Source of the DNA: Promethearchaeota archaeon
Lineage (GTDB): Archaea > Asgardarchaeota > Lokiarchaeia > Sigyniarchaeales > SOKP01
Length of the DNA stretch: 64,000 bases
NCBI GenBank assembly: GCA_048941015.1
Contig: JBHLNZ010000001.1
Span: 1-64,000 of the forward strand
Direction: 5' to 3'
Shown: positions 1 through 10,041 of the stretch, piece by piece
Layout: the number at the start of each line of letters is the position of its first letter
Position numbering within the stretch: position 1 is the first letter of the stretch
Notes under the pieces: model-generated
What the model was told of the DNA's origin: nothing
Seen by the model: only the letters and a program-made list of their open reading frames with translations
Databases searched by the model: none
Program-made: the position numbers and the translations under genes

Positions 1-2
1 TA

Positions 3-989
3 CATGAAGAAATGGTCGGGTATGGAAGAACGATTCCTTATGAGTTACGTGAAAAAGATATTAAAGATATGAAAAGCCTCGGTTTTAATGCTCTTAGAAC
101 CGCTCATTATTCTCATGATGAGATATTATTAGATATAGCAGACAAGTATGGAATGTTGATCCTTGAAGAAATTCCAATTTGGGGATATTGTGATTTTAAA
201 AATCGCCACACTTTTAAAGTCGCAGCAAAAATGCTTAAAGAACTGGTTAAAAGGGATATTAATCATCCATCAGTTATTTGGTGGAGTGTTGCAAATGAAA
301 TTCCTATTGAGCGACCAGAAGTTTCAAGATTTATTAAGAATTTGATGAATTGGGTACGAAGATTGGATAACACACGTATTGTAACATATGTATCTTTCCG
401 TTTGTTTAGTGATTTAACCCGAAGGTATGCGGATGTAGCAACTATAAATTTTTATTTTGGATGGTATGTCGGAAGTCCGCGATTAATAAGCTTTTTTTTA
501 GATATTATGAGAACTCCTGCATTTAATAAACCATGGATATATACTGAATTTGGAGCCGGAGCGAAATTTGGCTTTCATGCCAATCTGAAGGATAGAGTTA
601 AATTTAGTGAAGAATATCAATTATATGTTTTAGATTACTCAATAAGGACGTTTAATACTAAGGATTATCTTGCTGGATGGTTTATATGGAATTATAGAGA
701 TTTCAGAGCTCTTTTACGGCAGAACGAATATCAACAAGGCTTTAATAGGAAAGGATTAGTAAGTGCTGAAACAAACAATAAGAAATTAATTTTTTATCAT
801 ATTCCTAAGATATTAAATAAGAGAAGAAAATTGGTAAATACTAAAATTTTAGGAATTCTAATTTGGATTACATTATTCCCGTTTATGTATATATTTACAT
901 ACGTGTTTCTTGCTCCTATCCTTAAATTGGGTGAAAAAAGAAACATCAGAACTGGAAAAGAGAAAGAATTACAAAGATTTAAAGATTAG
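3..989 (+). CDS. Glycoside hydrolase family 2 (beta-glucuronidase-like), 5'-truncated by the window edge, with C-terminal membrane segment
   Basis: Frame is open from position 3 (HEE before the Met at 12). Motifs GFNALRTAHY, WSVANE (acid/base), TEFGAGA (nucleophile), NRKG (NxKG). Hydrophobic C-terminal helix. Confidence 0.85.
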   Translation, partial: HEEMVGYGRTIPYELREKDIKDMKSLGFNALRTAHYSHDEILLDIADKYGMLILEEIPIWGYCDFKNRHTFKVAAKMLKELVKRDINHPSVIWWSVANEIPIERPEVSRFIKNLMNWVRRLDNTRIVTYVSFRLFSDLTRRYADVATINFYFGWYVGSPRLISFFLDIMRTPAFNKPWIYTEFGAGAKFGFHANLKDRVKFSEEYQLYVLDYSIRTFNTKDYLAGWFIWNYRDFRALLRQNEYQQGFNRKGLVSAETNNKKLIFYHIPKILNKRRKLVNTKILGILIWITLFPFMYIFTYVFLAPILKLGEKRNIRTGKEKELQRFKD

Positions 990-1011
990 AAATTCAAAAT
1001 TTTAGGTAAAT

Positions 1012-2529
1012 TTATTCAATTTTAATTCCTGATATTTCTGAAGTAGTATCAGAGTCTTCCATATTTTCTAATTTTCTGTAATCATCCAAAGTACGAGTAG
1101 CAACTACTTTAAAATATTCATTTAATTTCTCTTCAATTTGAGGTGATAAACCAGGTCCTTTTTGTGTTTCTAAAATGTTCTCAACCTTCTTGTGAGCTCT
1201 TTTAACCATATCTCTTGATCCAGTCCGAATCCATGATTCCCTTCTGTTTCTGTCTACTATGTTTGGGATAAATAGTTCTTTTCTTGTATTTTTTGCTGTG
1301 TGTTTTAACATTAGATAATTTTTACCTTCGTTCGCAACTTTTATTATCTCGTTTAATGCCAGATTTTCATCATTTACCCTAATACCTTCAATTCCACGCT
1401 TGATAATTCCTGCCATTTCGTCATCAATAACAAGCAATTCTAATGCCTCAGATAACGTAGATTCATAAGTTCCAGCACAAGTTATAAGATTATGCCCCGC
1501 GTTTGCTGCACATAATAAACTATTGAATCTTTCATAGCCATTTTGAATATCAAAACATTTGGAATCCGTTAATGCTCCCGATCCTTTAGATGGTATATTA
1601 TAGAAATGTGCTAACTGAGCAGCACTAATAGTAAGTAATCCAAATTCCATAGCACCATATGCAACATTTCCAGTAAAAGGATCCATTATAGTATTAGTTG
1701 ATCCATAAAGCACAGGAGTTCCAGGATTGATTAATTGGGTTAACACAATCGAAGCGAGGACTTCCATGTTTGCTTGAACTAATGTGCCACAAAGAGTTAC
1801 CGGAGAAGTTGAACCTGCACTAGCAGCAGCGCTTATTAATATTGGTTGATTATATTTAGCGAATATAAATAAACCATTTAAGAGAATTTGAGTCAATCTT
1901 AATGGCGAAGTTGGATTAAATACTCCTATTAATCGAGGATGCTTTACTAATTCGTCTTCTCCTCCAACAATAATAGATGTTAAATTCATCATATCTTGTG
2001 AAGCAGTTCTGCCGAAACAAGCCATTCCATATGGTTTAATACTATGACGTCCCCATTCACGTATCGTATAAAAATGAAGTTGTGTATAAGGAATGTCATG
2101 AGGCCATACATCTACTTGAGAACAAATGATATGTTCCAATCCATTAACAACTCTTATATGATTAATAGCGTCTTGTAATGTAGTTTTTCTAATTTTCTTT
2201 TTTTTTTCAGGATCATACATGTTTACTGTCGCTCCAAAAGTTGTAAAGTTAATGTTTTTTGTATTAATGTTAAAATGAAAAGAGCCATCAGGCCCATACA
2301 AAGTAAAACTTTCTGGTACTTTTTTTAGTTGCTCTATTATTAAATCTTTGGGAAATTTTACAAATCCTTCTTTATTATTTCCATCAATAACTGCTCCGTG
2401 ATTTTTAAGAAAGTTCCTAGCTTCCTGAGATTCGACTTTTACCCCAATATTTTGAAGTAATTCCAGAGTTGTATCGTGGATTAATTTGATTTCGTCTTTA
2501 GACAATACTTCTAATCGATTAAGTTTCAT
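1012..2529 (-). CDS. Trimethylamine methyltransferase (MttB superfamily), non-pyrrolysine
   Basis: 505 aa; IHDTTLELLQNIGV, SPVTLCGTLVQANME, GALTDSKCFD, LLVIDDE motifs; no in-frame amber codon. Confidence 0.9.
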   Translation of the reverse strand: MKLNRLEVLSKDEIKLIHDTTLELLQNIGVKVESQEARNFLKNHGAVIDGNNKEGFVKFPKDLIIEQLKKVPESFTLYGPDGSFHFNINTKNINFTTFGATVNMYDPEKKKKIRKTTLQDAINHIRVVNGLEHIICSQVDVWPHDIPYTQLHFYTIREWGRHSIKPYGMACFGRTASQDMMNLTSIIVGGEDELVKHPRLIGVFNPTSPLRLTQILLNGLFIFAKYNQPILISAAASAGSTSPVTLCGTLVQANMEVLASIVLTQLINPGTPVLYGSTNTIMDPFTGNVAYGAMEFGLLTISAAQLAHFYNIPSKGSGALTDSKCFDIQNGYERFNSLLCAANAGHNLITCAGTYESTLSEALELLVIDDEMAGIIKRGIEGIRVNDENLALNEIIKVANEGKNYLMLKHTAKNTRKELFIPNIVDRNRRESWIRTGSRDMVKRAHKKVENILETQKGPGLSPQIEEKLNEYFKVVATRTLDDYRKLENMEDSDTTSEISGIKIE

Positions 2530-2579
2530 AGAAATCAGATTATATAAAATATAGTATTAATAATAATACGTGATTAAAA

Positions 2580-3590
2580 ATGAATATGAGATTATCAATA
2601 TATTCTCATGCTCCAGTTAGAATATGTGATATAGGTGGATGGACAGATACATGGTTTTCTAAAAAAGGGGCCGTATTTAATATTAGTGTTGATCTCTACA
2701 GCTATATTAGAGTTTCCGAGAACAATTTGAATAGCATAAGAATTTGTTCAGATAATCTCAAATTAAATACTATTATTAGTGATTTTAATTATATAGAATA
2801 TAATGGAACTTTAGATTTATTAAAAGCAGCAGTAAAAAGAATTGGAATAAAGAAAGGAATTGATATAAATGTCAGAGCAGATTCTCCACCAGGCAGCGGA
2901 ACAGGGACAAGTGCAAGTGTTGCCGTTGCACTGATAGCTGCATTAGCAATGTATAAAAAAAAAGATTTTAAAAAATATCAAATAGCAAAATTAGCCCATA
3001 AACTTGAGACAGAAGAATTAAAATTAGAAAGCGGAGTTCAAGATCAATACGCTGCTGCCTTTGGGGGAATTAATTTTATGAAAATTGATTATCCTTCAGT
3101 TAAAATTTATAATATTAAAGTCAATAAAAAGAAAATTTTTGAATTAGAAAATCAATTGATTTTAGTATATCTTAGTTCAAGAAGCTCGAATGAAATGCAT
3201 AAAGCTGTTCTTGACAATTATTTGAATAAGAATAAAAAAACTTTGGAATCGTTCAAAATTATGAAAAACTGTGCTTATGAAATGAAGAAGGCGATTAAGT
3301 CTAATATTTTAGATTTTGCAAGAGTAATGAATCGAAATTGGGAAGCTCAAAAGGAATTGCATTCACTAATGGTAAATCCCACCATAGAAAACCTTGAAAA
3401 AATAGTAAAAGACAATGGAGCGATAGGATTCAAATGTAATGGTGCTGGAGGAGGAGGATCTGCAACAATTTTAGCAGGAAGTGGTAATAAGGATAATATA
3501 AGTAAAGAAATAACAAAAGCGGGGTATAAGTTACTCCCATGTAAACTAGATTTTAATGGAGTCGCATGTTATCAAGAATATAAGAATTGA
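2580..3590 (+). CDS. GHMP-family sugar kinase (HddA-like heptose-7-phosphate kinase)
   Basis: APVRICDIGGWTD, PPGSGTGTS, GVQDQYAAAFGG, GAGGGG motifs. Confidence 0.85.
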   Translation: MNMRLSIYSHAPVRICDIGGWTDTWFSKKGAVFNISVDLYSYIRVSENNLNSIRICSDNLKLNTIISDFNYIEYNGTLDLLKAAVKRIGIKKGIDINVRADSPPGSGTGTSASVAVALIAALAMYKKKDFKKYQIAKLAHKLETEELKLESGVQDQYAAAFGGINFMKIDYPSVKIYNIKVNKKKIFELENQLILVYLSSRSSNEMHKAVLDNYLNKNKKTLESFKIMKNCAYEMKKAIKSNILDFARVMNRNWEAQKELHSLMVNPTIENLEKIVKDNGAIGFKCNGAGGGGSATILAGSGNKDNISKEITKAGYKLLPCKLDFNGVACYQEYKN

Positions 3591-3651
3591 GATAAAATTC
3601 TCAAAAATCGAAAAGTTTGAGATTTTTATAGTTAAATTTTAAAAAAGTAAT

Positions 3652-4455
3652 ATGAGTTTTACTGACGATTCAGCTTTGATTTCAAAAATAAAGCGAGTAT
3701 CTGATAAAATCAATATTCACAATTTGTTTATATTTAACAAATCTGGGATTTGTATTTATGGCATTAATTTCACAAATTTATATCAAATCGAGCAAGAGCA
3801 ATTAATTTCTTCATATTTCACAGCTTTAATGTCTTTTACAAAAGAGTTAATAGGTGATAAAGTTAAAACAGTTGAAATGGGTGGGGGAATAAAGCTTGTT
3901 GTTTTTGAAAAAGGAAATCTTTTCTATAGTATATTATGTAATTCAATTGTGAATCTCCTCCTACTTGAAGAACTTATCTCCAAGATGCACAGCAAATTTA
4001 TGATATATATTCAAAAAAATAATATAAAAGTGGATTTAGAATATATTTCTGATGAGAATTTGAACTTTATCATTGAAGATATAATAAAAACTACTTTTAC
4101 TAATGAATTTGATTTAGAAAAAGAAGAAAAAATTATTGAATATCTCAAAGAGCTTTCTATAAATGCTGATATTAATGGAATTATCCTTTTAACGGATAAA
4201 GGGCAAATTATTTATTCTTCTTTAAGGAATATTGAACATTTTCTAAAGGAGGTAGATTTTAGAGTAAAAATTTGTAATAATTCAATTTTAAAATTATTTT
4301 ACACCTCGAAAAATAAGGAACTGATTTTTTCGGAATATATTAAAGATAAATACTTAGTAATCGCTATTTTTGATTTTAAAACTCGATTTGGGATAGCAGA
4401 ATTGTACATACATAAAATTGTCAAAAAAATTGAGCAAATTCTTGTTAATGATTAA
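3652..4455 (+). CDS. Longin-like plus Roadblock/LC7 (MglB)-like two-domain protein
   Basis: N-terminal LFIFNKSGICIY...LISSYFTALMSF pattern of Asgard longins; C-terminal INGIILLTDKGQIIYSSL...TRFGIAELYI pattern of roadblock domains. Confidence 0.65.
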   Translation: MSFTDDSALISKIKRVSDKINIHNLFIFNKSGICIYGINFTNLYQIEQEQLISSYFTALMSFTKELIGDKVKTVEMGGGIKLVVFEKGNLFYSILCNSIVNLLLLEELISKMHSKFMIYIQKNNIKVDLEYISDENLNFIIEDIIKTTFTNEFDLEKEEKIIEYLKELSINADINGIILLTDKGQIIYSSLRNIEHFLKEVDFRVKICNNSILKLFYTSKNKELIFSEYIKDKYLVIAIFDFKTRFGIAELYIHKIVKKIEQILVND

Positions 4456-4615
4456 AATTTCAATTGAAATATTATTCTAAATTCTTATTATTTAATATAA
4501 TTTAAAGATTAAATTCAATCGATATCAAAACCATTTTGATTTATGGATTATAAAAACCAAATTAAAATTTAAGCCTAATTTTAATTATAACAATAATTTG
4601 GTTTGATGATTAAAA

Positions 4616-5119
4616 ATGACGAAACCGGAAGAAAACTTAAAAGCGGCATTTGCTGGTGAATCACAGGCAAATAGGAAGTATTTAGCTTTTGCGAAAAAAG
4701 CTGAGCAAGATGGTTTTCCACAGGTGGCTCATTTATTTAGAGCTGCTGCAGCTGCTGAAACTGTCCATGCACATAATCATTTAAGAGCAATGGGAGGCAT
4801 AAAATCAACTATTGAAAATCTTAAAGAAGCAATTGGTGGTGAATTTTATGAATTTACAGATATGTATCCTGAATTCATTAAAAATGCGGAATTAGAAAAT
4901 AATTCTACTGCTGAAAGAACATTTAAGTATGCCAATGAGGTTGAAAAAATTCATCATAAATTATACGAAAAAGCTCTTAAATCGGTTGAGAATGGTAAGG
5001 ATTTAGACAAAAGAGAAATTCATATCTGCCCCGTCTGTGGTTATACTCATGAAGGAGAGTTACCAGATAAATGTCCTGTCTGTGGTGCTTCTAAAAAAGT
5101 TTTTGAAAAAGTAGATTAA
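4616..5119 (+). CDS. rbr: Rubrerythrin
   Basis: AFAGESQA, ETVHA and EKIH di-iron motifs; C-terminal CPVC...CPVC rubredoxin-like domain. Confidence 0.95.
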   Translation: MTKPEENLKAAFAGESQANRKYLAFAKKAEQDGFPQVAHLFRAAAAAETVHAHNHLRAMGGIKSTIENLKEAIGGEFYEFTDMYPEFIKNAELENNSTAERTFKYANEVEKIHHKLYEKALKSVENGKDLDKREIHICPVCGYTHEGELPDKCPVCGASKKVFEKVD

Positions 5120-5142
5120 ATTAAAATATTTTTTTTTAAATT

Positions 5143-6726
5143 TTATATATTCCAAGGTTTATATCCGTTTTGGATTTTATAAAAGTAGCTATCTAAAGAG
5201 AGATCTAATTCCTTTTCTAATCTTCTTAATGCACCCATATTTGCTCCCATCACGTAGAATTTTAACAAAAAGTCTGAAAAATCTTCATCTCCTAAAGAAA
5301 ATATTGTTTGAATCTTAGCCGCATTTACAAGCTCTTTTGGTTTCTGAAATTTTAACTTAATCGTAGATAAATTACTTAAATCCTTTTCCAGTAACTGAAA
5401 TTTAGTAAGTAATTTTTTTATATTTTCTGATAAATAGTAATATACATTGCTTCCATAAGGAGTGTTAAATTTTGGAATGAATGGATTTATATTTACCTTT
5501 AATGAATTCCAATGAAATCCCATTTCATCAATTTCTTTTAAAAATTCTACGATTTCTTGAACATCTTCATCTTTTTCACTTGGTAAACCAATTAGAAAGT
5601 AAAATTTTATACTTTTTAATTTTGAATCTTTGATCAATTCAAGAACTTCAAAAATTTTACGATTTGAGATTTTTTTACCTAATTCAAACCTTAAAGATTC
5701 TGATCCTGCTTCTGGAGCAATGGTTATGGTTTTTATATTACCTTTTTCAAATAAATCAATTATATTAGGAGTTATATGATCTAATCTAATTGAAGGAAGA
5801 CTAAACTCTTTCCCTTTTTTTATTATATAACCTAAAATCTTATAGAATTGTGGATGGGAAGAGATGCAAGAACCAATTAAGCTGAACTTTTTGAATTCCA
5901 TAATTTTGATAGCATCATCTATAGTTTGAATAATATTTTCGTAACTCCTATTTCTAAATGGAGAATTATGATATGATGATATACAAAATTTGCATTTGAA
6001 GGGACAACCACGATTTACTTCGAGAAAAAAATTTTCTTCAAATATTTTTTTCTCTTTATCTGATTTAGCAATTAGTTGAGATATAGGGATTGGAGAGTCG
6101 TCAAGGTTAGTTAAAATTACTCTTTTTACACTATTTTTTAATGAAGGTACAAAAATACCTTCAATATTAGTATATTTTTTCAATAGATCTATATAATTAA
6201 GTTTTCTATTCTTGAACTCTTTCGTAATTTCAAGAAATTTAAACAAGTTCGGCTCAGAATCTCCAATAAAAAATGCATCAAAAAAGTTGCTTAAAGGCAA
6301 TGGGTTAGAAGTGATAGCGGGACCTCCTCCTATAATCAGAGGTAAATCATTTTCTTCACTCAACAATACTTCCATACGTTTCTCATGGGTTAATGGAATT
6401 TCTGCTTTTTCTAATATCCATAAAACATTTTTAAAATCATTTTCATAATGTACAGAAAAGCCTAAGATATCAAAATCTTTTGGTAATACTTTATTTTCTA
6501 AACTTCTTATTCTATTGATTGAGGATTGATCTTTTGAAGCAGGAAACTTTATTCCTTCAGGAAGAAATATTCTTTCACAGACTAATTGTTCCTTTGAATT
6601 TAATAAATAATAAAGAAGCCGTATTGTATACGAAGAGATTCCTATTTTATAATGACTAGGATAAATTAAACCAAATGATAAATCAATATATCTCCAATCC
6701 TTTATAATAATATTCTCATCGTACAT
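5143..6726 (-). CDS. Radical SAM protein with N-terminal B12-binding-like domain (YgiQ/TIGR03960-like)
   Basis: RGCPFKCKFC (CxxxCxxC), GGGPAITSNP, TIAPEAGSE, KFYFLIGLP. Confidence 0.85.
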   Translation of the reverse strand: MYDENIIIKDWRYIDLSFGLIYPSHYKIGISSYTIRLLYYLLNSKEQLVCERIFLPEGIKFPASKDQSSINRIRSLENKVLPKDFDILGFSVHYENDFKNVLWILEKAEIPLTHEKRMEVLLSEENDLPLIIGGGPAITSNPLPLSNFFDAFFIGDSEPNLFKFLEITKEFKNRKLNYIDLLKKYTNIEGIFVPSLKNSVKRVILTNLDDSPIPISQLIAKSDKEKKIFEENFFLEVNRGCPFKCKFCISSYHNSPFRNRSYENIIQTIDDAIKIMEFKKFSLIGSCISSHPQFYKILGYIIKKGKEFSLPSIRLDHITPNIIDLFEKGNIKTITIAPEAGSESLRFELGKKISNRKIFEVLELIKDSKLKSIKFYFLIGLPSEKDEDVQEIVEFLKEIDEMGFHWNSLKVNINPFIPKFNTPYGSNVYYYLSENIKKLLTKFQLLEKDLSNLSTIKLKFQKPKELVNAAKIQTIFSLGDEDFSDFLLKFYVMGANMGALRRLEKELDLSLDSYFYKIQNGYKPWNI

Positions 6727-6766
6727 TAAAAAAGAGTTCCTTCAATTAATATCAATTATTTTAGTA

Positions 6767-7567
6767 TTATATACTAGAATTATGTTCTTCTTTTAATTTT
6801 TTAATTTGTCCAACAATTAAAGGTAGAATTATTCCTGTTTTATGATGAATTACAACTTCAGCACGTCCGTCTAAAGGTGTAGGTTGATCATTTACTATAA
6901 TTAATTTTCCTCCATCTCTTAAAGTATAGAGTGGTAAATCACATGCAGGTGCTACTAAAAGTGAAGAACCAGCAATAAGCATAACATCTGCTTTTTTTGC
7001 TAAATCTTGGGACATATATATCTCAAATCTTGGCAAATTTTCTCCGAATAAAACAACCGAAGGTTTAACTGGAGAGGAACAAAAGTCACACGAAGGTCCA
7101 GTCTTTTTCTCTTTTTTTAGTTTCCGTAAAATTTGTTCTTTAGTATATGAAGCTTTACATCCCATACAATCAAATCTGTTTATATTCCCATGTACTTCAT
7201 ACACAATAATTGATCCAGCTTTTTGATGTAATTCATCTATATTTTGGGTTATTATTGCTTTTATTATCCCCATTTTTTCTAATTCTGCTATTGCTATGTG
7301 TCCTGGATTCGGCTTGGCTTTGAAAAGAGTTGGAGCAACCTTCTGGGCTAACTCCCAAAATTTGGCTGGATTTCTTAGAAAAGCTTCAATATTGCCATAA
7401 ATTTCTGGCTTGTATTTTTCCCAAATTCCACCTTCTCCTCGAAAATCTGGGATCCCAGACTCTGTGGATATCCCTGCACCGGTTAATACAATAGCTTCTT
7501 TTGCATGATATAAAAGTTCTGCTGCATGCTGAATTTTTTTTTTTTCAATAGATTTTATTACTTTCAT
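6767..7567 (-). CDS. cobB: Sir2-family NAD-dependent protein deacylase
   Basis: GAGISTESGIPDFRG, TQNIDELH, HG, two CxxC zinc motifs. Confidence 0.93.
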   Translation of the reverse strand: MKVIKSIEKKKIQHAAELLYHAKEAIVLTGAGISTESGIPDFRGEGGIWEKYKPEIYGNIEAFLRNPAKFWELAQKVAPTLFKAKPNPGHIAIAELEKMGIIKAIITQNIDELHQKAGSIIVYEVHGNINRFDCMGCKASYTKEQILRKLKKEKKTGPSCDFCSSPVKPSVVLFGENLPRFEIYMSQDLAKKADVMLIAGSSLLVAPACDLPLYTLRDGGKLIIVNDQPTPLDGRAEVVIHHKTGIILPLIVGQIKKLKEEHNSSI

Positions 7568-7818
7568 GGGATATTAAAAATTAAAATATAACATTTTTGT
7601 TCTTTCGAAGTATTTTTATAATATTTTTGGAAGTTATTAAAAGTTAATTATTATAACCTTTTAAAGGAAATCCTAAAGAATTATGAGCTAATTTATTTGT
7701 TCTTATGGTGATCAATAAAATCTTTTCGAATTGTAAAAAATTAAAAACATTCAATTATTTTTTTTTTTCAAGTAAAACTCGCTATTTTCAAATTATTAAT
7801 ATTTTAAAGTTTTAATTT

Positions 7819-8706
7819 ATGATAACTGGATTTGCTATAATTTTAGACAATAAAATTCTCTATGTATCAAATGAGAATAAGTTTCCTACTTTTGAAATTG
7901 TTTTGTTCGTCGAAAAATTAATCAATAGTATTAATCCAAAAAATCTATGGCGCTTAACTAATATCTTTTTTGAAGGGAAAAAGACAAAAGAACGTATGAT
8001 AATCAGACATATAATTACTGAACAAAATCAAAATATATTCTACTGCATTACTGGAGATTTTCTTTCAAATTCTCGTGAAGCTGATAAGTTATTAGATGAA
8101 TTTTATGAGAAGGTATCAGCAAATTATGAAACTATAGAAAAAATTAAGGAATTCTATAAAAGAACGGAATTTAAAAAAGTGATTAAGTTAATTACAGGTT
8201 ATTTATGGGATAAGTATCATTATCCTATAGAGGATGAAGAATTGGATTATCAATGTGCAGCTACCGAAAATAAACTTATATATTGTGGATTATCATCTCA
8301 AGGATTACCTATTTTATCACAACTATATGATACTTCTCTTTTAAGAAATTTTCATCGAGAAATAAACCATGAAAATATTGATCTCTTTACTTCCAATCTT
8401 TCAGCTAGACTTGCAACAATCGCTATGAATACACAAATTAGAGCAAAAACTAATATAAAAGAAATTCATTTCGATGACCTTCAATCGCAGGGATGCAAGA
8501 AACTAATTCTATATGGAATTATTAAGGGATATTCTTTAGATTTCATAGCTTCTGGTGATTTCTTCAAAATAAAAGAAATTTTTAAGCAATTAGAGCAAAA
8601 AATGTTTAAAGAACCAACTCTACTTCAAGATTTCTATGGAGATTTAAAACCCTATCGTTCTTTAAAATCCTATCTTGATGAAATTGCAGCTCAATTTGAT
8701 CAATAA
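7819..8706 (+). CDS. Hypothetical protein, possibly tandem longin-like domains
   Basis: Two ~130 aa segments with a beta-beta-alpha-beta-beta-beta-alpha pattern (e.g. LIYCGLSSQGLPILSQ); the fold is inferred. Confidence 0.45.
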   Translation: MITGFAIILDNKILYVSNENKFPTFEIVLFVEKLINSINPKNLWRLTNIFFEGKKTKERMIIRHIITEQNQNIFYCITGDFLSNSREADKLLDEFYEKVSANYETIEKIKEFYKRTEFKKVIKLITGYLWDKYHYPIEDEELDYQCAATENKLIYCGLSSQGLPILSQLYDTSLLRNFHREINHENIDLFTSNLSARLATIAMNTQIRAKTNIKEIHFDDLQSQGCKKLILYGIIKGYSLDFIASGDFFKIKEIFKQLEQKMFKEPTLLQDFYGDLKPYRSLKSYLDEIAAQFDQ

Positions 8707-8737
8707 TTTCTAATAGAATGCTTATTTTTTGTTATTT

Positions 8738-10033
8738 ATGAAGGCTGTCATTCTCGCAGCTGGAAAAGGTAAAAGGTTAAGACCAATAACTTCAACGAGA
8801 CCTAAACCCATGATTCCCATAGCTGGTAAACCGTTATTGGAATATACCTTACAAGGTTTAAAGAGAGCAGGAATAGATCATGTTTTATTAGTCGTAGGAT
8901 ATAAACAAGAAATTATAAGGGATTATTTCAAAGACGGTTTAGATAAATTTGGCTTGAAAATCGAATATATAACACAAAATGAACATCTAGGTACTGCCCA
9001 TGCTTTTAGTTATGCTAAAGGATTTGTTAATAATGAGCCAATTTTAATGATGTATGGTGATATTTTGGTTGATTCTCAAATGTTTTTCGATATTATCAAG
9101 AAATACAATGATTCAAAGAATGAAGGATTAATCTCTCTAATAGAAGTAGAAACTCCACAAGAATATGGTATAATTACTCTTGATGAAAATGGATATGTTA
9201 TCAAAATTACAGAAAAACCGAAATCTGATTTAAATCTTGGAAATCTTGCTAATGCTGGCATTTACATTTTCGACCCTCTAATTTTTAAAGCAATTGAAAT
9301 GACTCAAAAGTCTGAAAGAAATGAATTTGAATTCACTGATTCTATGCAAGTTTTAATAGAACAATTAAATGGAAAAATTGCTGGTTATATTATTACGGAT
9401 CATTTTTGGAGCGATATCGGATTACCCTGGGAGCTCTTGGACGCCAATCATTTCTTACTCGATAATTTAAAAAATGGAAATCTTGGAATTATGGAAGAAA
9501 ACGTAACCATTACAGGAAAGGTATATATTGGAAAAAATACAAGAATTAAATCTGGCACATCTATTCAAGGGCCTTGTTATATTGGATCCGATAATTTAAT
9601 AGGACCAAATGCTTTTATTCGACCGTATACATCAATAGAAAATAATTGTCACGTTGGAATATCAGAAGTAAAAAATTCCTTAATTTTTTCAAATACTAAT
9701 GTTCCACATTTTAATTATATTGGCGATTCAATCCTCTGTGAAAATATAAACCTGGGAGCTGGTACCAAGGTATCAAATTTAAGGTTTGATAATAAAAGCG
9801 TAAAAATGAATATCAATAACAAAGTGATTGACTCTGGACGAAGAAAACTAGGCGTGATTATAGGTCCAAATTCTCAAACAGGTATCAATGTAAGTATAAT
9901 GTGTGGCAAAACAATAGGCGAAAATTCAATCATAGGAGCACATACGTTGATTAACGAAGATATTCCTTCCAATACTCTGATTTATGTTGACTCTAATGGA
10001 AAGACAGTTCAAAAAGAGAACCGCTTTACATAG
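8738..10033 (+). CDS. glmU: Bifunctional sugar-1-phosphate nucleotidylyltransferase/acetyltransferase (archaeal GlmU)
   Basis: MKAVILAAGKGKRLRP, hexapeptide repeats, PHFNYIGDS, NLRFD, GRRKLG; ATG at 8738 preferred to TTG at 8729. Confidence 0.88.
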   Translation: MKAVILAAGKGKRLRPITSTRPKPMIPIAGKPLLEYTLQGLKRAGIDHVLLVVGYKQEIIRDYFKDGLDKFGLKIEYITQNEHLGTAHAFSYAKGFVNNEPILMMYGDILVDSQMFFDIIKKYNDSKNEGLISLIEVETPQEYGIITLDENGYVIKITEKPKSDLNLGNLANAGIYIFDPLIFKAIEMTQKSERNEFEFTDSMQVLIEQLNGKIAGYIITDHFWSDIGLPWELLDANHFLLDNLKNGNLGIMEENVTITGKVYIGKNTRIKSGTSIQGPCYIGSDNLIGPNAFIRPYTSIENNCHVGISEVKNSLIFSNTNVPHFNYIGDSILCENINLGAGTKVSNLRFDNKSVKMNINNKVIDSGRRKLGVIIGPNSQTGINVSIMCGKTIGENSIIGAHTLINEDIPSNTLIYVDSNGKTVQKENRFT

Positions 10034-10041
10034 AAACACCT

